Positions 1-9,678 of a DNA stretch of 64,000 nt are shown piece by piece. Both the position numbers and the translations under genes were made by a program. The notes under the pieces are model-generated. The model was not told the DNA's origin, did no database searches, and saw only the letters and a list, made by a program, of their open reading frames with translations. Origin of the DNA: Candidatus Binatia bacterium. Lineage in GTDB: Bacteria; Desulfobacterota; Binatia; Bin18. Where the stretch lies: NCBI GenBank assembly GCA_963664395.2, contig OY761159.2, positions 1,184,001 through 1,248,000 on the forward strand, given 5' to 3'. The first letter of the stretch is position 1, and every line of letters starts with the position of its first letter.

Positions 1-34
1 AGTGACTGCGGCGGGTTTGCATCTCTCTCGGTCC

Positions 35-376
35 CTACCGATTCACAACCGTCACCAGGTCCACAGAGCGGGGGCCCTCGGCAAACCACGAGACCGTGAC
101 GTCAATGCGCGTGACTCCAGTCTCGGGTGAGTCAGGCCTCACCTGCCAGCTTCGGGTGTACTCTGGTCGTGGCGAGTCTTCACCATCCCGGAGCGGTTCA
201 AAGGCCGCTCGAAACTCTTCCATCTTTTCTTGGGCTAAAATCGTTGCCTGGGTCACGTGCGCACTGACAGACCCGGCCCGAATGATCGTGGTGACTCCAG
301 CCGCCAGCCCGAGCGAAGCAATCGCGAACACCGCCATGGCCACCAGGACTTCAATGAGCGAATAGCCACGACTCAT
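35..376 (-). CDS. pilV: Type IV pilus minor pilin, PilV-like
   Basis: Class III prepilin signal MSRG/YSLIEVLVAMAVFAI (Gly-1, Glu+5), QA..LAQEKMEE motif and C-terminal IDVTVSW; start moved to ATG 376. Confidence 0.75.
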   Translation of the reverse strand: MSRGYSLIEVLVAMAVFAIASLGLAAGVTTIIRAGSVSAHVTQATILAQEKMEEFRAAFEPLRDGEDSPRPEYTRSWQVRPDSPETGVTRIDVTVSWFAEGPRSVDLVTVVNR

Positions 377-521
377 AATAGTCGTTTTCTTATTTATGAG
401 GGCATTTTGCACTCTCTACTACTATATCGATCTCTCTATTTCGCAAGAGGCCAGTCGGCTCATATGGGGAGTGGGTATAGGCCGCTGAGTTTCCAATTTG
501 CGTCCTTTGTCTCGCCTCATC

Positions 522-550
522 CGTCTGTATAAACAGACGCTGTTATACAG
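522..550. promoter_or_regulatory. Nested inverted repeats, candidate repressor operator
   Basis: CGTCTGT-ATAA-ACAGACG (522-539) and CTGTATAA...TTATACAG (525-532/543-550), directly before the RBS of the ArsI/CadI-like gene. Confidence 0.4.
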
Positions 551-560
551 GAGGTTTTCG

Positions 561-899
561 ATGAACGGTCAATCTGCAGTAGAATTTGCGACTCCGGCCC
601 GAGTCCACATCGGTTTGTCAGTTCGTGACACGGAGCGCTCCGCCATCTTCTATCAACACCTGTTCGCCCAGGAGCCGACCAAGGTGCGCCCCCGCTATGC
701 GAAGTTCGAGGTTGCCGACCCGCCCCTGAACCTCAGCTTGGATGAAGATGCAAACCAACAGACCCGGCCCGGTTCGAGCGCTCACTTCGGGGTTCAGGTC
801 AAATCGACTGAGACCATCGCTCGGATTGCCGCCCGGTTGCTCCAGAGATCCAGGTCGTACACGCAACCATACATTGCATCCTTTTCCGAGACCACATAG
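561..899 (+). pseudogene. ArsI/CadI-family VOC metalloenzyme, C-terminally truncated
   Basis: RVHIGLSV..S..FY..LF..EPTKVRP.YAKF...DPPLNLSL and HFGVQV match the family; RBS AGGAGG. The CCYA..DK.W..DPDG C-terminal part is absent in all forward frames. Confidence 0.7.
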
Positions 900-924
900 T
901 TTTCAGACAGAGAGGGATGAAATC

Positions 925-1359
925 ATGCCGCATGAAACATTGTTGAAATTCAATTACCCGGACACCCTGCTGCGCGAGTATACGCACTGGGCGGTCTTAC
1001 TGCGTCCAAAGCAAGTAACGGTCGGTTCGCTTGTACTGGTGTGTAGCGATGAGGTCACGAGTATGGCGGAGGTCTCAGCCGAGGCGTTTGCCGAGTTGCA
1101 TACGGTCACTGCTGACCTTGAAGGGGTACTCACACAGACCTTTGCCTTTGACAAGATTAACTATCTGTTACTCATGATGGTGGATAAGCACGTCCACTTT
1201 CATGTGATTCCACGTTACGCCACTCCGCGAACGGCCTGTGGCGTTGAGTTTTCTGACAGGGCATGGCCCACGCCCCCTGACGTCACACAAGCCGTGGAGC
1301 TGACCGAGCAGCAGTTCGCGGAATTACTCCAACTGCTCCGGACGGCGTGGCCGGCATAG
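925..1359 (+). CDS. HIT family nucleotide hydrolase
   Basis: HVHFHVIPR histidine-triad motif, DKINYL; ATG 925 after GAGGGA. Confidence 0.9.
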   Translation: MPHETLLKFNYPDTLLREYTHWAVLLRPKQVTVGSLVLVCSDEVTSMAEVSAEAFAELHTVTADLEGVLTQTFAFDKINYLLLMMVDKHVHFHVIPRYATPRTACGVEFSDRAWPTPPDVTQAVELTEQQFAELLQLLRTAWPA

Positions 1360-1470
1360 CGGGATTGACACGCCCGGCCCGCTGGTGTCGGGGTCTGCTT
1401 CGCAGAAACATCGTGGTGAAAGTATACAGGGGGTTGCAAAATCTGCACTAACCGTTACTAAGCTGTAATT

Positions 1471-1791
1471 ATGATGCATGCTGCTGTGGATGTGATGTTG
1501 GTGGATGTGGAAGGTGGCGAGCAGCAGCCCCGCTATTCGTCGCACAACCCTTTCAAAGCGCTCCTCCGTGACGTTTTATCCGATGCCTTTGTGGTACGTG
1601 ATCTCGTGCGGAAGGGGAACAAGCTGTTTCTCTCTCAGCTGGAGCTGGACCGCATATGGTTTTTCTCAAAAGATGAGAGCCCGTTCAGCTTCCTGTGGAT
1701 CTGTCAGCACCTGGCTCTCGACTCGCAGAAAATCCAAGCCTTGTATTTCTCTGCTGAGCCGGTGACGATCCCGCGTTGGTGGGCGGCATAA
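1471..1791 (+). CDS. Hypothetical protein (106 aa)
   Basis: Clean ORF filling the intergenic space; L..VL.DA...W.FS....PFSF..IC..L pattern resembles conserved deltaproteobacterial hypothetical proteins. Confidence 0.65.
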   Translation: MMHAAVDVMLVDVEGGEQQPRYSSHNPFKALLRDVLSDAFVVRDLVRKGNKLFLSQLELDRIWFFSKDESPFSFLWICQHLALDSQKIQALYFSAEPVTIPRWWAA

Positions 1792-1808
1792 CAGATTGTG
1801 TTCGTCAC

Positions 1809-1847
1809 GAGAGCCGGGAAAGAGATTCGTCCTCTTCCCCAGCTCTC
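1809..1847. terminator. Hairpin between convergent genes
   Basis: GAGAGCCGGGAAAGAG-7 nt-CTCTTCCCCAGCTCTC imperfect stem. Confidence 0.5.
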
Positions 1848-1861
1848 ATAACAGGGCGAGT

Positions 1862-3700
1862 TTACTGCTCAGCCTTCACCTTGCGTAATGCCTCGGTCAA
1901 GAGCGGCACGACCTCGGCATAGTCGCCGACAATACCCAGATCGGCAGTCTTGAATATCGGCGCTTTCGCTTTTGTGTTGATGGCCACAATGGTGCCGGCC
2001 TTGCGCAAACCGACCATATGCTCGAACGCGCCTCGAATACCAATGGCAAAATACAGCTTCGGCGCGATCGCCCGGCCGGTGATGCCGACTTGATGTTGCC
2101 GGGGGAGCCACCCCAGGTCTGCAATATCCCGCGTCGAAGCCAGCGGCGCCCCACCTAATACATCGGCCAGGTGTTCGATCACAGGCAGATTCTCCGGCCC
2201 GCCGATGCCTTTCCCAACGCCAATGGCGATGTCCGCGGCATCCAGAGCCGCAGCTTTGGCTGCGTCGGCGCCCGTTTGTGACACGCGTTGCACCCGGCTG
2301 CGCACATCATCCTCAAGCGTCAGTCTTTCAATACGTGCCTGACGGCTGGGATCAGGCCGAGCCTGAGACAGCATGCCAGGTCGGACCGTTGCCATTTCGG
2401 GCGTCGTCTTAGACAGAATGGGCGCAACGATATTGCCGCCAAACGCGGGCTTGAGTTGCCGTAAGCGCCCCTGAGGGTCCACTTCCAAATCCACGCAATC
2501 GCCGGTGAGACCCAGGCCGAGCCGTGCGGCAACACGCGGGGCCAGATCGCGGCCAATCGCAGTTGAACCCAGCAGCAGCACCTTTGGTTTGTAGGCTTGA
2601 ATCGCCTGACTCAACAGCGCGGCATAGAGATCGGTATCATAGCAAGCCAGACGGGCATCATCGGCCTGGTATACCACGTCAGCGCCATGCGTGGCTAAAG
2701 ACGTGATATGGGCGTCGAGTCCGCTGCCGATCAAGACAGCACCTACTTCGCCGCCGTACTGCGCCGACAGCTCAACGGCTTTGCCTAAAAGCTCAAAGCT
2801 GACGGGCCGGAGGGTATTGCCTAAGGTTTCGGCAACAACCCAGACTGCTTTCCCCGGCTCGGGTTCAGCGATTCGTATCCCTTTTTCGCCGGCCGCGCTG
2901 TCATCCGCCCACGTCCCAAACAGACCGCGGGCTAAGAGTTCCTGGACCAGGGCGTCAATCTGTTCAGACAGTTCCCCTTCAAACACACGGTTTTCACGAC
3001 TGTCTTCGACAGTTTGGACAGACTCCACCCAAGTCGGCGAGCCTGCGGCTCCAAATTGCGAAAGGTCCGATGAGAGATCGCGGGCCGTCACCGTCTCAAT
3101 AGACTTCTCTTTGGCCGCTTCCCGCTCGGCCCTCTTGGGAAAGCGTTCCGGCGCCAGGTCTTCGGTAACAGAAATCAACGCCGGCAGGGGACAGTCAAGG
3201 ATATCAAAACCGCTATCGGTCTCACGTTCAACACGGATAGTCTTCCCGTCGGTGTCGCGCGTTAATGCTCCCACGCCCGTCACCTGCGGAATGCCGAGTA
3301 GCTCGGCCACCTCCGGTCCGACCTGACCGGTTTCTGCATCCGTACTATGCCGGCCACACAGGATGAGGTCATAGCCTTCTTTCTCGCACGCCAAGGCTAA
3401 AGCGCGCGCCGTGGCCAGCGTATCCGCGCCGGCAAAGGCCCGGTCCGTCAAATGCACCACCCGGTCCGCTCCCAGGGCCAAGCAATGCCGGAGAGCCTCC
3501 TCTGCCTGTGGCGGCCCCATAGTGAGCGCAACCACTTCGCCGCCGTGTTCTTCACGCAGCTCAAGCGCTTTCAATAATCCACGCACATCAAACGAACTGA
3601 CCTCGGACGGTACGCCCTCACGCTGGAGGGTTTTTGTTTCCGGGTCGAGCTGCATGGCCGAAACCACGGGGACTTGTTTCACCAACACAATACTCTTCAT
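1862..3700 (-). CDS. Fused electron transfer flavoprotein beta+alpha (FixA/FixB-like)
   Basis: N-half VLVKQVP, DTLATARAL, D.ETGQVG (ETF beta); C-half RDLAPRVAARL, PAFGG, QVGITG..IAPKLY (ETF alpha). Confidence 0.9.
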   Translation of the reverse strand: MKSIVLVKQVPVVSAMQLDPETKTLQREGVPSEVSSFDVRGLLKALELREEHGGEVVALTMGPPQAEEALRHCLALGADRVVHLTDRAFAGADTLATARALALACEKEGYDLILCGRHSTDAETGQVGPEVAELLGIPQVTGVGALTRDTDGKTIRVERETDSGFDILDCPLPALISVTEDLAPERFPKRAEREAAKEKSIETVTARDLSSDLSQFGAAGSPTWVESVQTVEDSRENRVFEGELSEQIDALVQELLARGLFGTWADDSAAGEKGIRIAEPEPGKAVWVVAETLGNTLRPVSFELLGKAVELSAQYGGEVGAVLIGSGLDAHITSLATHGADVVYQADDARLACYDTDLYAALLSQAIQAYKPKVLLLGSTAIGRDLAPRVAARLGLGLTGDCVDLEVDPQGRLRQLKPAFGGNIVAPILSKTTPEMATVRPGMLSQARPDPSRQARIERLTLEDDVRSRVQRVSQTGADAAKAAALDAADIAIGVGKGIGGPENLPVIEHLADVLGGAPLASTRDIADLGWLPRQHQVGITGRAIAPKLYFAIGIRGAFEHMVGLRKAGTIVAINTKAKAPIFKTADLGIVGDYAEVVPLLTEALRKVKAEQ

Positions 3701-3873
3701 AGACACGCCCACTCCCTGGATAAAAGAAGTGCGCAGCAGCCTATCTTGCTTGTCCGCACAGCGTCAACCAAGCCGGCGCAACGTTGTCTGAATCGCGGTT
3801 TCTGGACCTGGAATATATTGATGAGTTTCTCGTCTGGATTGAATGAGAGGGCAGGATCCTCGGTGGTAGCTAC

Positions 3874-4323
3874 TCACGCCCCGCGTCCGGGTGTATATTC
3901 GTCGGCAGGGAGGCTGTAGTAGGTAATGATCTTGCGCTCCTTAAACCACCAGCGACCGGCGTCTTTGATGAATTTGTCATCATAGCGACCAAAGGCGACC
4001 ATGGGCTTATCAGTCGATTTTGTGATGGCGTCGGCATCCAGATAGCAGGTTGAGGTGGCTTCGTTGCCCGAGACTTCAATTACGGGCGACTCGATTTTGT
4101 GGCGCAGAAAGCGCACGCCGTTCCGTAGCGTCGTGTCGTAGTTGGCGTACCAGCCCTTAATGGCGTCTCGGCCCTTATAGCGTATGTCACTTTCATACAC
4201 CGGAAGCAGAACCGCGTCGGTATGAAACAGCTCGGCGATTTCGTCTACCGTGCCACGGTCCACCACATGGCAGTAGGTGTGGAGCAGTTGCTGAATGGCA
4301 ATAATGTCGTCCGCGTAAGACAT
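3874..4323 (-). CDS. SnoaL-like/NTF2 family protein
   Basis: DIIAIQQLL..YC..VD, GRYDD.F....G.W.F.ER; RBS AGGAGG. Confidence 0.85.
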   Translation of the reverse strand: MSYADDIIAIQQLLHTYCHVVDRGTVDEIAELFHTDAVLLPVYESDIRYKGRDAIKGWYANYDTTLRNGVRFLRHKIESPVIEVSGNEATSTCYLDADAITKSTDKPMVAFGRYDDKFIKDAGRWWFKERKIITYYSLPADEYTPGRGA

Positions 4324-4345
4324 GCCCGGCCCTCCTGTTGCGTGT

Positions 4346-5203
4346 TTATTGTCTCCGTCCCCGTATCCGCAGTAATTCATTAATCGTCAGGTCGATGTCC
4401 TCATCTCGCAACAGTGGTGCAGCGACGCGCTTACGCCGGACCGTATCAAGACTGATGTCCGCCGTGATAAAATCCTCCTCGTAATAGCGGCCTTTGGCCA
4501 CACACTGTCCAAAAGGATCAATCACCTCTGAGCCGCCCCAGAATCCCACACCGTCCTCAAAGCCGACACGATTGGCATAGATCACAAACACGCCGAATGT
4601 TTCGGCATAGGCGCGATTCATCGACTCCCAATAGCGCGCGTTCTCGTCCCGTTCCGTGTTGTCAGCAATACCGCGTAACGGACTGGATGACGGACAGATA
4701 AGCAGCAGGGCTTGATCGAGGGCCGCAATACACACAGTAGACGGATGCCACAGATCTTCGCACACCAGGACTGCTGCGCGACCATATGGGGAGTCAAAGG
4801 CTCGAACGGTATTCCCACGAGCGAAATAGCGCTGCTCGTCAAACATGCCATAGGTTGGCAGATAGACCTTGCGATGGACGTGTTGGATGTCGCCCGCACT
4901 GAGATACACGGCTGAGTTATAAAAGCAAAAATCCGGGCTCTCTTCGACCAGTCCGGCCACGCAGGACACCGACTTGCTGAGCTCCTTCAGTCGAGTGAGC
5001 TCAGGCGCGTCTTGACGCAGGGCGACCGTCGCCACCATGTCGCGTAAGTGATAGCCGGTCAAACTCAATTCGGGAAAGATGAGGAGGGCAACGCGCTCAT
5101 CCTTGGCCTGGACAATAGCCTGTTCGTAGAGGGCCAGGTTTGCCGCAACATCTCCAAGGCGAGGGTTGATCTGGGCAATGCCGATTTTGAAGTGCGTTTT
5201 CAC
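4346..5203 (-). CDS. Carbon-nitrogen hydrolase (nitrilase superfamily, NAD-synthetase glutaminase-like)
   Basis: Glu-Lys-Cys triad: FPELSLTGY, HRKVYLPTYGMFDE.RYF, VCEDLW. Confidence 0.9.
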   Translation of the reverse strand: MKTHFKIGIAQINPRLGDVAANLALYEQAIVQAKDERVALLIFPELSLTGYHLRDMVATVALRQDAPELTRLKELSKSVSCVAGLVEESPDFCFYNSAVYLSAGDIQHVHRKVYLPTYGMFDEQRYFARGNTVRAFDSPYGRAAVLVCEDLWHPSTVCIAALDQALLLICPSSSPLRGIADNTERDENARYWESMNRAYAETFGVFVIYANRVGFEDGVGFWGGSEVIDPFGQCVAKGRYYEEDFITADISLDTVRRKRVAAPLLRDEDIDLTINELLRIRGRRQ

Positions 5204-5222
5204 GGTGATGCGCTAGGTACGA

Positions 5223-5750
5223 TCAGCTTCCTTTTCCAAACAGGCTGTTCAGCCATCTGACTAAGGCGCGCCACAGATTCACCAGTGGCCCGTGTTTGAC
5301 CTCTTCATCCGGCGAGGCTTGGATCTCGGCTTCCAGGGCCGTGAAGAACTGACCGATCAGCATCTTGGCAGCGCCGTCCACCATGCGTTGTCCAACACTG
5401 GCCAGCAGCCCGCCGATCTGGACATCGCCGTGGTAGGTGAGCACGGTCTGGCCGTCTTGCTCGGCTAAATCGACCGTACCCGATCCCTTGAGAAAGCCCT
5501 GTTTCCCTTTGCCGTCCAGGCTGAGCTTGTAGTGCACGGGCGGCTGGAGCTCCTCCATTCTGACTTTGCCGTTGTAGACCCCTTTGATCGCGGCCACACC
5601 GACCTTGATCTCCCCGCTGTATTCATTGTCACCGCTCTCTGTCAGGCTCTCACAGCCGGGCATGCACTTGGCGAGCTGATGCGGGTTGATCAGGAAATTC
5701 CAAACCTTCTGTTGGGAGGCCGGAATGATTCGCGTTCCGTTGAGTTTCAT
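5223..5750 (-). CDS. coxG: Carbon monoxide dehydrogenase subunit G (CoxG/SRPBCC)
   Basis: VW..L..P..LAKCMPGC, GG.LASVGQRM.DG.AK....QFF. Confidence 0.85.
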   Translation of the reverse strand: MKLNGTRIIPASQQKVWNFLINPHQLAKCMPGCESLTESGDNEYSGEIKVGVAAIKGVYNGKVRMEELQPPVHYKLSLDGKGKQGFLKGSGTVDLAEQDGQTVLTYHGDVQIGGLLASVGQRMVDGAAKMLIGQFFTALEAEIQASPDEEVKHGPLVNLWRALVRWLNSLFGKGS

Positions 5751-5779
5751 AGTCGTTATCCTGTGCGGTCGGCCGCACC

Positions 5780-6946
5780 TTATGTTCTGAGTGGTCGGAA
5801 GAATGCGCGGACATCATTGACCAACAGTTCAGGTTCTTCCATTGGCGCAAAATGCCCACCCGACGCCATCGGCGTCCAACGCTGTAAATTATAATACCCC
5901 TCGGCCCACTTCCGCGGCATGAGAACGACTTCTTCTGAAAAAACGGCAACGCCGGTCGGGGCCTGGACAATCGGCGTTTTCGCATGAGACGGCTTCCAGG
6001 GGTTATGCGTCGCTTCATAGTAATAGCGCGCGGACGTGCCAAAACTCCGGGTGACCCAGTATAGCATCATGGTGGTGCATAGATCGTCCTTACTGAAGCG
6101 TTTTTCGACATCCCCGTTGCAGTCACTCCAGGTGCGGCGCTTTTCAAGGATCCAGGAGCACAATCCCACCGGAGAGTCATTCAGCGCAAAGGCCAAGGTC
6201 TGCGGTTTGGTGGTCTGCAAGGCGGAATAGCCGCTCTCCGCGGTAAAAAAGTTCAGGTTCTTCTCGTACCAGCCCTCCTCACCCGGCCCATACTCGGACG
6301 CCGCGGGCATGGAGCCGACAAAAATATCCAGCGGGACCATGAGATTGATATGACAGCCAAGCAGGTGCTCGGCGTATTTATGTCCCAGTTGGGCGGTAAT
6401 CAGCGCACCCCAGTCGCCGCCTTGAGCCGCGAATTTCTGATAGCCCAGGACATCCTGCATGAGCCTGACCCAGAGGTCTGCCGTCCGCCAGAAGTTGATG
6501 CCCGGTGTTGTCAGCGGGGTGGAAAATCCATACCCCGGCAAGGACGGCACAACGACATCAAACGAGTCGTTCGGGTCACCACCAAACGCGGCCGGATCGG
6601 TCAACGGCCGAATGACTTTGTGAAAATCCCAGAAGGTCCACGGCCAGCCGTGGCTCAGGATCAGCGGGGTCGGATTCGGGCCTTTGCCCGGCTCGTGGAT
6701 GAAATGAATCGGAATGCCGTCAATAGTCGTCTTATAGTGGGAGAAGGCGTTCATATCGCGCTCGTGTGCGCGCCAGTCGTAGTCGGTGCGCCAGTATTCG
6801 ACCACTTCTTGGAGGTAGGCTTGATTTGTCCCGTACGCCCAGTGCTCGTTGGCAAACTCGCCCGGCCAGCGCGTCTTTACCAGCCGCTCCCGTAAGTCAG
6901 TCAATACCTCGTCCGGAACAGAAATCGTAAACGCTTCTTTGTTCAT
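5780..6946 (-). CDS. Epoxide hydrolase (EHN-domain alpha/beta hydrolase)
   Basis: HGWP, PSLPGYGFS, QGGDWG nucleophile, GGHFAPME. Confidence 0.92.
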   Translation of the reverse strand: MNKEAFTISVPDEVLTDLRERLVKTRWPGEFANEHWAYGTNQAYLQEVVEYWRTDYDWRAHERDMNAFSHYKTTIDGIPIHFIHEPGKGPNPTPLILSHGWPWTFWDFHKVIRPLTDPAAFGGDPNDSFDVVVPSLPGYGFSTPLTTPGINFWRTADLWVRLMQDVLGYQKFAAQGGDWGALITAQLGHKYAEHLLGCHINLMVPLDIFVGSMPAASEYGPGEEGWYEKNLNFFTAESGYSALQTTKPQTLAFALNDSPVGLCSWILEKRRTWSDCNGDVEKRFSKDDLCTTMMLYWVTRSFGTSARYYYEATHNPWKPSHAKTPIVQAPTGVAVFSEEVVLMPRKWAEGYYNLQRWTPMASGGHFAPMEEPELLVNDVRAFFRPLRT

Positions 6947-7064
6947 GACCACCCTCCTTTTTGGCCCATCCATTGTGCTCGACACCCAGATACTGCCCTT
7001 CCCTACTGCTGACAAGAGGGGCGTCTTCCCTAACAGGAACCCGACTATCGGGCGGAGTAAAAGG

Positions 7065-8912
7065 TCAGTCCACCTCGACTGCCGCCGGCGACATGTCGGG
7101 CCGCGTCTCGAACTGGGCTGAAATTCCTTCCAACTCTTTCCCGGAGATTGTCTCTTTCTCCAAGAGTGCCTGAGCTGCTCGACGCAGAAGAGGCAGCTTG
7201 GCCTGCAATATTTTTGTTATCCGCGCGTATTGTTCGTCGATAATACGGCGGACCTCATCGTCAATTTCCCGAGCGGTTTCTTCGCTGTAGTCACCCGGCC
7301 CGTGCGGTTGGCTGTTTTGTAAAAACATGGGCTGGCGCTCCTGGTCAAAGCTTTGCTGACCGAGTCTGGCGCTCATACCGTAGGCCTTGACCATGCTCTT
7401 GGCCGTATCGGTTGCTTTGAGCAGATCGTCTCGGGCTCCAGTCGAAACCTCCTGGTAAATCAGCTCTTCGGCCACTCGTCCGCCAAGGAGTACGGCAATT
7501 TTGTTTTCCAACTCGGATTTGGTCATCAGAAACCGATCTTCGCTCGGCAGTTGGAGTGTATAGCCCAACGCCGCGACGCCGCGCGGAATAATCGAGATTT
7601 TTTGGACTGCATCCGACCCTGGTAACGACATGCCGGCCAAAGCATGTCCAATCTCGTGATGAGCGACGCGCCCTTTTTCTTTTGGGCTTAAGACGCGGTT
7701 CTTCTTTTCCAGTCCGGCAATCACCCGCTCTACCGCTTCCTGGAGGTCGGGCAAGCCAACCGTGTCTTTGCCGCGCCGGACCGCAAGCAGCGCCGACTCG
7801 TTGACGATATTGGCCAGGTCCGCGCCGGCAAAGCCCGGAGTCATAGCGGCAATCACCTCCAGGTCGGTTTCAGACTCAAGAGGAACGGAGCGGGCATGCA
7901 CCTGAAGAATGGCCAGACGGCCGATTTTGTCCGGACGGTCTACCACCACGTTGCGGTCAAAACGGCCGGCCCGCAGCAGGGCTTGGTCCAGGATCTCAGG
8001 CCGGTTGGTGGCAGCCATCAGAATGACCCCGACCCGCTGATCAAACCCGTCCATTTCCACCAGGAGCTGGTTGAGGGTCTGTTCCCGCTCATCATGCGAG
8101 ACCGGTCCCATGCCGCGCGCTTTGCCCAGGGCGTCCAGTTCATCCATGAAAATAATGCAGGGGGCTTTTTCTTTGGCCTGGGTAAAAAGGTCGCGGACGC
8201 GGGCCGCCCCAACGCCGACAAACATCTCCACAAACTCTGAGCCGCTAATCGAGAAAAACGGAACCTGGGCTTCTCCCGCCACTGCTTTGGCCAGAAGCGT
8301 TTTCCCCGTCCCCGGCGGTCCAACCAGCAGAATGCCTTTCGGGATTTTCCCCCCCAGCCGACTGAATTTTTCCGGCGTCTTGAGAAACTCAATGACCTCC
8401 TGGAGCTCAATCTGGGCTTCTTCGACCCCGGCCACATCGGTGAAGCGGACTTTGACATCCTGCTCCATATAGATCTTGGCTTTACTCTTCCCGATCGACA
8501 TAAAGCCACCACCGAATCCGCCTCGCTGGGCCATCCGCCGCATCAGAATCAGCCAGACGCCAAAGAATAACAGGACAGGCAGCATCCAGGACAGCAGGTC
8601 TCTGACAAGCGTGTTCTCAATTTCACCGGCGAAGCGCACCCCGCGCGTGGCCAGTTGCTCTGCCAAGTCGGATTCCACCCGAACCGTCACAAACTGGCTC
8701 GGATGTCCTTCGACGTGATCTTTGAGCGTCCCTTGGATATAGTGCTGGGTGATACGGATCTCTGCGATGCGGCCGTCATCCACGTATTCCTGAAACTGGC
8801 TGTAGGGGATCTGTTCGATGCTGGTCGCCTGCATCCATAAGCCATGCAAGATGACGACCCCCCACAGGGCAATGAAAAGATACCAGATGTTAAACTTTGT
8901 CTTTTTGTCCAT
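7065..8912 (-). CDS. ftsH: ATP-dependent zinc metalloprotease FtsH
   Basis: Two TM segments, [30 protein letters not shown] zinc motif. Confidence 0.97.
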   Translation of the reverse strand: MDKKTKFNIWYLFIALWGVVILHGLWMQATSIEQIPYSQFQEYVDDGRIAEIRITQHYIQGTLKDHVEGHPSQFVTVRVESDLAEQLATRGVRFAGEIENTLVRDLLSWMLPVLLFFGVWLILMRRMAQRGGFGGGFMSIGKSKAKIYMEQDVKVRFTDVAGVEEAQIELQEVIEFLKTPEKFSRLGGKIPKGILLVGPPGTGKTLLAKAVAGEAQVPFFSISGSEFVEMFVGVGAARVRDLFTQAKEKAPCIIFMDELDALGKARGMGPVSHDEREQTLNQLLVEMDGFDQRVGVILMAATNRPEILDQALLRAGRFDRNVVVDRPDKIGRLAILQVHARSVPLESETDLEVIAAMTPGFAGADLANIVNESALLAVRRGKDTVGLPDLQEAVERVIAGLEKKNRVLSPKEKGRVAHHEIGHALAGMSLPGSDAVQKISIIPRGVAALGYTLQLPSEDRFLMTKSELENKIAVLLGGRVAEELIYQEVSTGARDDLLKATDTAKSMVKAYGMSARLGQQSFDQERQPMFLQNSQPHGPGDYSEETAREIDDEVRRIIDEQYARITKILQAKLPLLRRAAQALLEKETISGKELEGISAQFETRPDMSPAAVEVD

Positions 8913-9128
8913 AACCGCTCTATTATAGCGTGCCGAAGCCGACTGCATAGCCAGTCCGGTACTTCTTGTGGTGAGGAAAGAACATGCAGCTATTACGATC
9001 AATCGGAGCAGACGACATTGACGTTACAAACTGCGGATTTCATCATGCAGGCAAAGGCTGGGGAAGCCATTCCCCAAATACAAATAGTGGATGCTAGTCA
9101 GGCGCTGGTATCATAGGAGGGAGGATCC

Positions 9129-9266
9129 ATGTTCTGGTTTGGTTTTATCGTTGGTGCGGTCTCGGCCACCGTATTTATTCTGTACGGTAATGGTGAGCTG
9201 CTGGTGAAACTCCGCGATCAGATAAAAAGCGCCGCTGACCGGTTTTGGGAGTCGCAGAAAAAATAG
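9129..9266 (+). CDS. Small single-pass membrane protein (45 aa), absent from the ORF track
   Basis: Strong RBS AGGAGGGAGG; MFWFGFIVGAVSATVFILYGNGELLVKLRDQIKSAADRFWESQKK-TAG. Confidence 0.7.
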   Translation: MFWFGFIVGAVSATVFILYGNGELLVKLRDQIKSAADRFWESQKK

Positions 9267-9589
9267 GCGGCCCTTCTACCGATTGCTCACAGCGCTCTTT
9301 CTTTGGGGAATCTATACCTTGGGTAGTATATATCCATTGACCCACGGAAAGCCGGGTAGTGTCTCACTTTGAAATTGCTTCTCCTCGCCGCTGATTGCCT
9401 GCCCATCTTTTTCGACGCCCTCGTCATTTTTTTCACTTCCTACTAATTTTGGTAGGGACAAGGGCGGCAAATTATGCACAGTATCCCTTTATCAGCGAGG
9501 CCAAAACACTGCGGCAGGCGGAGTCAAGGTCCGCCATACGAGAGCGAAAGCCAAAGGATTCAAACTGAGACACTACCGAAAGCCGGGGC

Positions 9590-9660
9590 ATCGCTGGCAA
9601 AACGGCGGGAGTGGGCATCAAAGCCCGGCCTGACCCTCAAACGGGGGGCAGCGCTACGTT
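9590..9660 (+). promoter_or_regulatory. Possible structured 5' leader resembling a degenerate c-di-GMP-I riboswitch
   Basis: GGCAAAAC..GGGA..GGGCATCAAAGC.CGGCCTGA..hairpin..GGCAGCG recalls the GEMM-I motif order; directly upstream of the surface protein RBS. Confidence 0.3.
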
Positions 9661-9678
9661 CCACCCCGTCAGGAGAGT

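Noticed and set aside
525-550. LexA SOS box
   Set aside because: CTGT/ACAG spacing is 4 or 3 nt rather than the 8 nt of the CTGT-N8-ACAG box; kept only as a generic operator candidate.
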